IMG/VR virus record: IMGVR_UViG_3300034631_000059
Length of the DNA: 64,000 nucleotides
Reading direction: 5' to 3' (one strand)
Source of the DNA: a virus
The position numbers and the translations under genes are program-made. Below, one piece after another: positions 46,701 to 55,700 of this stretch. The notes beneath the pieces are model-generated. The model searched no databases. It was not told where the DNA came from and saw only the letters and a list, made by a program, of their open reading frames with translations. Position 1 is the first letter of the stretch; every line of letters starts with the position of its first letter.

Positions 46701-49700
46701 GCGGACCTCCTGCGCGCCGCGGGTCTCCCCTCCTCCCGGCGGTTCTCATCCTGGGCGGGCCTGAACGACGCGACCCAGAAGAAGCTGGCCGGCGCTGACC
46801 CTGCCGGCACGGTGGCGACGCAGCCCGAGCCCACGCGCGGCAAGAGTGGGTATGAGACGGCCGATCTTCCACGCCTCTACGCCGCCAACATCGACACCCT
46901 GCGGCGACTGCCGGAGGACGCAGGGATTGCGGCCGTCGATCAGGCTGACCAGGCGCTCCGCAACGCCCGGATGTTCTCGGACCTCCTGGCGGAAGAGGGT
47001 GGTCAGCCGGACACCGATGGTGAGCGGGCCCGCACGATGGGCGAGCTGGAGGACCGGCTAAACCGCACCTACAACGCCGCGCAGGACCGCCGTGAAGCGC
47101 AGCCCGGCGAGGAGAAGGTGCCGCGCCGGAAGACGCGGAAGGCCGCTGCCGCTTCCGACGCAGAGCCGAACGGCGGCGCGAAGCTTCAGGCGGCGGCCCG
47201 CGAGGCCTGGGAGCGGTCCAACCTCGCGACGGATCTGGGCGACACGACGCCGATCCGCAACGCCTTCGCGGGGGGCTTCAGCGACGGCGCCGGGGTGCAG
47301 ACCCACATCGCGGAAGGCAAGGGCAAGGCCGCCATCGCCTTCAAGGCGGGCCAGGAAGGCGGGCGGCGCTGGGCTGGGAAGCCGAACCTCTCCCCGACCG
47401 CCGCGAAGCGCGCCAAGGCGCGGCCCGCCGAGGCACCGCCCGCTCAGACCGAGAATCGCATCTTCACGGCCGATGCCGCGGAGAAGGCCCGCGCGCTGCT
47501 GAAGGCCCGGCTGACCCCGAACCATCTCAACTCCGGCGTGGACCCGGAGATCCTGCAGGCGGGCATTACCCTGGCCGGCTACCACATCGAGCGCGGCGCC
47601 CGGACCTTTGCCGCCTATGCCCGCGCGATGGTGGGCGACCTGGGCGACGTGGTTAAGCCTTACCTCAAGAGCTGGTACATGGGGGTGAAGTACGACCCCC
47701 GCGCCGCCGCCTTCGAGGGCATGGACGGGGCGGCTGCGGTGGACGCGGCCGATGTGGATGCCGCCCTGAAGGAGAACGAAGGTGGAGAGGGAGACCGTCT
47801 TGCGGGTGGAGCAGGAGTACCGGCAGCGGAGGGCCGACCCGCGGACGCTGCACAACACGGAGCTGCACCGGCAGATCCTAGCCCGGTGGAAGCAGGACAG
47901 CCCGAAAGCGATGGCGAAGCTGGAAGCGGCGGGGATCGCGTCGAAGCTGGCGTTCGTCCGGCAGGCGAGGATGTGGGACCAGAAGGACGAGCTGGTGGCG
48001 GGCGGGATGCCGGTGACGGACGCCCAGGAGGAGGCCGAGCGGGACAACCTGGTGCTGGACGAGACGGAGGAGACGCCGGAGGCGTAGCGTCCGGCAAGCC
48101 CAGGGCCGACCGAAACGGCGACCTCGCGCGCGCGGCTGGCTTCGTTGAGCGGCCGATGCCCGCCGACATGCCCGAGAAGCGGGTATGGCACCGTGGCGAG
48201 ACGGACAAGATCGCGCAGGACGGTCCTAACACCTTCATCCCCATCGGCGTGGAGCGGCCGGACAACGGCAGCGGTTCCTTCCGCACCATGGCCGCCACCC
48301 TGGCCGCCTTCGCGCGGCGCGACGCGGCGCCGAGCCCGGCCGCCGTCATCGACGCGGTACCGGAGACGCCTCCGGCAGCCCCGAGCCCCGGCAACTACCA
48401 CGTGGCCGATACCATGGCGGGCCGCTCCGGCGGGCCGGTGGCACGTTTCAACCGGAACACCGACGCCATCGAGCTGCTGGCGGCGCTGCGCGAGGCCGGG
48501 CGGCAGGCGACCCGTGAGGAACAGGCGGTCCTCTCCGGCTACACCGGCTGGGGTAGCTTCGGGCAAGAGCTATTCCAGGGCTTCTGGACCAAGCCCATGC
48601 CAAAGGAGGGCTGGGAGGAGCGCGACCGCTGGCTGCGTGACCACCTGGGGCAGGCCGAATGGGAGAGCGCGCAGCGGTCCATCACCAACGCGCACTACAC
48701 CGACCCGCAGACCGTGAAGGCGATGTGGGATGTGGCGCGGCGCCTTGGCTTCCAGGGCGGCCGGGTGTTGGAGCCCAGCATGGGCATCGGCAACTTCTTC
48801 ATGATGATGCCGCAGGACATGGCGGCGCGCTCCCAGCTCTCAGGGATCGAGATGGAGCAGGTGACGGGCAGCATGGCCCAGCACCTTTTCCCCGACGCCA
48901 ACGTCAAGATCATGCCCTACCAGGACAGCCGCACGCCGGATGGCTTCTATGACCTGGTGATCGGCAATTGGCCCTTCGAGAACACGGTGGTTGCCGACCG
49001 CCGATACAACAAGCTTTCGCCCTTCCTCCACGACTTTTTCTTCCTGAAGGCGCTCGACCAGACGCGCCCCGGCGGGCTGGTGATCGGCGTCACCTCCTCC
49101 GGCACCATGGACAAGAAGGGCGTGGGCGTCCGCGCGGCCATGGCAAAGAAGGCCGAGCTGGTGGCGGCTATCCGCCTCCCCTCCGGCGCCTTCCAGGACT
49201 ATGCCGGGACGAAGGTGGTGACGGATATCGTGGTGCTGAAGAAGCGCCCCGAGGAGCTGACCACCCTCCCCCGCGATGCCGAGTGGGTGAACACCGAGGA
49301 GCATCGCGTCGCCAGTGGCGGCAGCTTCGCCCTCAACAGCTACTTCATCCGCAATCCCGGCCAGATCCTGGGGACCCTCGACTTCGGCTCCGGCACGACG
49401 CGCGGGCGGCCGGGCATGATTGTGAATCCGCCGGCCGACCTGGCGGCCGACCTCGCCGCGGCGGTGGGGCGCCTGCCGGAGGGCATCTTCGAGCGCGACC
49501 GGGAGCCGGCGAAGCGGATCAGCTACGTCAGCAACCACACGGCTGACCGGCAGGGCTCCCTCACCATCCAGGATGGCAAGCTCTACGTGGTGCGCGGCGA
49601 GCAGCTCGCGCCGGCCGAGGAGATCACGAAGTACAGCGTCAAGGATGCTGCCGAGACGGCGAGCCGTGACGCGCAGCTTCGGGCCCTGATCGGGATGCGC

Positions 49701-52700
49701 CGTGCTTATGCTGCCCTGATCGACGCGGAGCGGGCTGGCGGTGGCGACAAGGAGCGCGCGGCGCTCCGGGCCTCCTACGACGCCTTCCGAGAGGCCCATG
49801 GCAGCCTGGGGGAGAGCTTCGGTCTTCGCTACCTCGCGAACATCCGCGACCCCTTCTACCCGGCCCTGGCGGCGTTGGAGACGAAGGGCAAGGCGGCGGA
49901 GATCCTTTCCCGCTCCACCATGCGCGGGAAGCCCGCCATGGAGAACCCCGGGATCCAGGACGCCTTCATCCTGGCCCGCAACGAGGCGGTCTCCCCCACC
50001 CTGGCGGATGTGGCCCGCCTGGCGAAGCGCACGCCGGAGGAGGTGAAGGCCGAGCTGATCGCGGCCAATGCCGTCTTCGAGACGCCATCCGGGGACATCA
50101 TCCCGAGCGACATCTACCTGTCCGGCAACGTGCGCCAGAAGCTCCGGGAGGCGGAGGCGGCCGCGGCGGAGGGGCTGGATGGCCTCGCCCGCAACGTGGA
50201 GGCGCTGCGCGCCGTCCAGCCGCCCGACATTCCCTACTTCCAGATCGAGACCCAGCTTGGTGCGACGTGGGTGCCGCCCGCTGTCTATGCCGAGTACGTG
50301 GCCCACATGCTGAACCTGCCGAGCGCGGCCGGCATCGGCGTCACCTTCACCAATGGCCGCTGGACGGTGCGCCTGCCGGAGGGCGCCACCAGCCGCCCCG
50401 AGGCCCTGACCGGCTACGGCACCAGCGAGTACCGCTTCGACCGCCTGGTGAACGCCGCCTTCTCCAACCAGACCGTCACCGTGAAGCGGAAGGACGCGGA
50501 CGGGAAGGAGTTCGTGGACGCCAAGGCCACGGAGGAGGCCAACGCCCGCATTGCCAAGATGCGCGATGATCTGGGCGACTGGCTGTGGTCCGACCCGGAG
50601 CGCCGCGCGGAGCTGGAGCGCGAATACAACGAAGTGCGGAACGCCTATGCGACCCCGCGCTTCGATGGGTCCTTCATGCGCATGGAGGGCATGGCGCTCT
50701 CGGTCGGGCGCGGCCCCTTCGACCTCCGCGCCCACCAGAAGGACGCCATCTGGCGCGCCCTGGTGAACCGCAAGTCCATCAACGCCCACGAGGTGGGCAC
50801 CGGCAAGACCTTCACCATGGGCGGCATTGCCGTGGAGAGCCGGCGCTACGGCATCGCAAAGAAGCCGCTGATCCTGGCTCACAACGCCAATTCGGCCAGC
50901 GTTGCCGCCGAGATCCAGCAGATGTACCCGGCGGCCAAGGTTCTCTACCTGGACAACCTCGCCCCTTCCGTCCTGGAAGTGCGCCTGCGCCAGATTGCGA
51001 ATGATGATTGGGATGCGATCGTGGTGCCGCATTCCGTCATCGACCGCTTTTCCATGCGGGAAGAGACCCTGATGGAGATGGCGCGCGAGGACATCGCCGC
51101 CCTCGAAGAGGAGGCCTATGCCGCCGCGAAGGATGACGGCGAGCGGCTGACCGAGGACATGATGGATGATGAGGAGGCGCTGAAGAAGCTCCGGTCCCCG
51201 ACCGCGAAAGAGCTGGTGAAGGCGCGCAACGCCATCATCTCCACCATCCAGCAGCAGGCGCAGCGTGCCAGCCGGGAGGGCGCGGTGCCCTTCGAAGACC
51301 TGGGCGTGGACATGCTCCTGGTGGACGAGGTTCACGAGTTCAAGAAGCCGTCCATCTCGACCCGGATGCGGATGAAGGGCCTGAACACCCAGACCTCGAA
51401 CCGCTCCATCGCCTTGCAATTCCTCGCCCGCTACGTGCGGAGCCAGAACAACGGCGCCAACATCCACACCTTCACGGGCACGCCGGTCACGAACACCTTG
51501 ACCGAGGTATTCCACCAGATGCGCTACGTGATGGAAGACGAGATGAAGGCTGCCGGGGTGGACACCTGGGACGGCTGGTTCGGCTCCTTCGCGAAGGAGG
51601 TGCAGGACGTGGAGCTGTCCGCGGCGGGCGAGTACGAGCCCGTCACGCGCCTCGCCGGCTTCATCAACGTCCCCGAGCTGCGCCGAATGATCGGCCAGTA
51701 CATGGACGTGGTGTTCGCGGAGGACATGCCGGAGATGAAGCCGCGGCGCACCGCCAGCGGCAAGACGATGGCGAGTCGCGACCTCACGGAGGCGGAGCGC
51801 GCGGAGCTGCTGAACGGCCGCACCGAGGGCGCCATGGACCGCCCTTACCGCAAGGTGGTCAACGTCACCTCCGACCTCACGCCGGAGCAGCGGGGCATCT
51901 TCGCCCGCCTGCAGGGCTACGCGAAGGCGTGGCGCGCGATGGGACCGATGGCCCGGAAGACGGCCATGCTGGAAGGTGCGCCGGAGAGCCCGATCATCAC
52001 CGAGGGCATGGCGAACCGCGCGAGCTTCGACGTGCGCATGCTCGATGGCGAGGACACTGCCGGCCAGGAGGGCAAGGGCGGGGACGATCCGGGCAGCAAG
52101 AGCAGCAACGTGGTGGACCGGGCACTGGCCATCTATGCCAGCCATCCCCTCGCCAACCAGGTGATCTTTGCCGAGCAGGGGTTCAGCACCTCCGCGACCC
52201 GCAGCGCCGGCAAGGACGCCGAGGGTAAGAAGCGCACGAAGACGGTGCCGACCTTCAGCACCATTCGCGACATCGTGGAGCGGCTGGTGCAGGGCGGCAT
52301 TCCGCGCGAGCAGATCGCGGTGGTGGACGGGAAGGTATCGAAGGAGAAGCGCAAGCAGATCGCGGAAGACATGAATACCGGGCGGATCCGCGTGGTGCTG
52401 GGGTCCACCGATACCCTGGGGGTGGGCGTCAACATGCAGCGCAACCTGCGCGCTATGCACCACATGGACGCCCCCTACATGCCCGGCGAGCTGGTGCAGC
52501 GGAACGGGCGCGGCGAGCGCCAGGGCAACCAGTGGAACACAGTGATCGAGTACCGCTACATGACCGACCGCCTTGACGGCCGGCGGTGGCAGATCCTCGC
52601 GACGAAGCAGCGGTTCATCAACGCGTTCCTCCGCTCGAACGCCGATACCCGCGTGATCGAGGGCGATGCTGCGGCCGACGAGGAGAACGACATCCTTCAG

Positions 52701-55700
52701 TCCTTCTCCGAGGCGGCGGGCGATCCCCGCGTGCTGATCCGGGAGAAGCTGAAGCGGAACCTGGAAACGCTTCAGCGGCGGGAGCGGCAGCACGGCCTGG
52801 GCGTGGCCGACGCCAGGAGCAAGGTTCGGGTGCTTCAGGGGCGCCTCGCCGCCCAGGAGCGGGACCTTGCCGAGATCGAGGCGCAGAATACCGTCCAGGA
52901 GGTGAACGCGCTGATCGAGGCGCAGCGCGCGGACGGCTTCCGCATGACGCTGGCGGGGGAAGACTACACGAAGCGCACCGAGGCGGACGGGGCGTTCCAG
53001 AACCTCATGGCGACCGGCGGCGTGAAGCTGGGGGACTCCCGGCGCCTGATCGGCAGCTATGCGGACTTCCCCCTGGATGTGGAATGGAAGGCCTCGCAGC
53101 CGAACCCAACCCTGATCCTGAAGGTTGGGTCCGAGGAGTTCGAGGGGCGCAGCGTGCGCTCCCTGGAAGGGCAGCTCCGCGGCTTCCCGGCGGAGGTGCG
53201 CGGCCGGCAGGCCGATCTGGGGGCCACCCGTTCCAGCCTGGAACGCATGGAGGAGGTGGCCCGGTCTCCATTCCAGCGCGCGAAGGAGCTGGACCTCGCG
53301 CGCGGGCGACTGGCCGCCCTTGAGACGGACATCGCGGAGAACCCCGTCCCGCCGCCCGCCTGGCTCCGCGCTGGCGCCCCGGTGGAGAGCGTGGCCTATC
53401 GCAATGGCCAGGAGTTCGTGGTGTCCGGCCACCGCTGGAACAGCGACGGCTACTTCGTCACGAAGGAGGACGGCCGGGGCACCGCGAATATCCCCTACAT
53501 GGAGGTGACGGACGCCCAGGGCGTGCCGCTCTACGAGGAGCGGCCCTTCGAGGCGCCCGTGGTCCAGCAGCAGGCCCAGCGCCCGGCCGTGCAGGCGAGC
53601 ATCCCGGACGCGCCCTCCCCCGTGGCCACCCTGACCGGCGAAGAGATCGGCGGAGCGACCACCCCCGAGCGCCGGAAGGCGGCCGTGCAGTGGATGAACG
53701 CCAACATCCGGGGCCGTCCGATCTTCAGCGCGGCCTTGGGCGCCAGTGTCGTGGTCAATCGCAAGGGCATGACCAAGACGGTCTCAGGCGGCGTCGGAGA
53801 CCGCATCCTGGACGGGGTGCCCGCCATCGAGGCCATCATCCGCGACGGCCGCCTTGTCGAAACCCTCCCGCCGCGCCCCGAGAAGGGCGACACGGCGGCC
53901 GTTGCTTGGCACCGCCTGGAGGGCACGGTCAGCGTCGCCGGGGAGCCGCGCACCTATCGCGTCCTGATCCGCGAAGAAGCCAACGGCAGCTTCCACTACC
54001 GCCTTGAGGCCGACAGGGGGGAAATGGAGACGCCCCGCACCTTGTCCTCGACTGACCAGCAAGGGAAAGCTGGGGAAGAGGCCGGTATGCGGGGCGCCGT
54101 TCTAAACTTGGAGGAGGCGCCCGGTTCCTTCAAGCCCTCTCCGCAGGGCTGGGGCGAGGTGGACGCTGCCGGCTCGCCGGTCATGTCCGAGAAGACCTTC
54201 GCCCTTGTCACCGCGGCCCTGCGCCAGGTGGCCGGGCCGGAGCTGGTCGTGGAGAGGGGCGCGACCCCCCGGAGCGTGGAAGGCCTGGCCTATGCGCATA
54301 TCGTGCGCTTCGCCATGCATGTGGGCGATGACCGGGCTCCGTGGGTGGCCGTCCACGAGGGGCTGCACGCCCTCCGGAACATGGGCCGGATCACCGCGCG
54401 GGAATGGTCCGTGCTGGTGGACGCCGCGAAGCGGGAGGGCTGGGCGCAGCGGTTCAACATCGAGCGCCGCTACCAGGGGCAGAATGCCGCCACCCAGGAG
54501 GAGGAGGCCATTGCCGAGGCCTTCGCGGCCTGGGCCACCAACCGCTTCGAGGCGAAGGGGCCGGTGGCCCGGATCTTCGCCATGGTCCGCACCTTCCTTA
54601 CCCGACTTCGCAACGCCCTTGCACAGCGCGGCTTCCAGACGGCGGAGGACGTGTTCGGCCGCGCCCTTTCCGGGGAGATGGGCGCGCGGCCCCTGGGATC
54701 GGCAGACCGGGACGGGGCGCGGTCCCAGACGGCCGAGCAGCAGAGCGCCTTCCTCGACAGGTACGCGGCGGACCAGTCCGCCCGCCCGGACATGCGGGCG
54801 AGCCGGGAGCCCATCCAGGCACCGGAGCCGGGCAAGGTGCGCGATTTCCTCCGCTCCATGCTGGACAAGGCCGAGCCCCGGATCCTGGCAGCCATCCCTC
54901 TTCGTCCCCTTATGGAGGAGGTGGGGCACTACCTTCCCAGCGCAAAGAGCTTCCTGAAGACGAAGCAGGCGATGGATGCCATGCGGGCGGAGTGGTTCAA
55001 CACCTCCGCCGAGGTGTCCAATCGCTGGCTGAAGTTCCGCAGCGCCGACAAGGCCGGGAATGCGGCGCTCATGGAGATCATGCACGCCGCGACCCTCGCC
55101 GGGGTGGACCCCAGCAAGCCCTTCGTGGCCAGCAGGAATCCTGCCCTGGACGCCGACCGCCGACCGGAGTGGGACCGCCTGCGGAAGCGGTTCGAGGCGC
55201 TTCCGGAGGAGGGCCGCGCCCTCTTCCAGGTGGTGCGAGACACCTATTCGGAGCTGGCCGACGCGTTCGACGCCGCGCTGCTGAACAGCGTGGACAAGAG
55301 CGTGCGGGTGCGCGAGCTGCAGGCGGAGCGGCAGCACAAGCGCGAGCTGAAGCGGATCGACGCCTCCCCCACCATGACGGAGGAGCAGAAGGAGGCCGCG
55401 CGCGGCGCCGCCGAGCGCACACTGAAGGGGGTGCGGACGCGGGTTCGGTTGAACCGCGGCGCCCGCATGTACCAGCTCCGCGCGCAGTTCGAGAGCAACC
55501 GGGTTCAGGGGCCCTATTTCCCGCTGGCCCGCTTCGGGGACTACTACGTCACGGCGCGCAACACCTCCGGCGAGGTGGTCAGTTTCAGCCGCTTCGAGAA
55601 CAGCGCCGACCAGCGCCGGTTCGCCCGCCAGATGGAGAAGGCCGGGCACCTGGTGGAGATGGACCGCATCGCCAATGACAAGGCGAATGGCCTGCGTGGC

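Noticed and set aside
46846-47061. Third nested +1-frame ORF in the giant gene
   Set aside because: Arg/Pro/Ser-rich shadow-like composition, while the main frame here looks like a normal helical domain.
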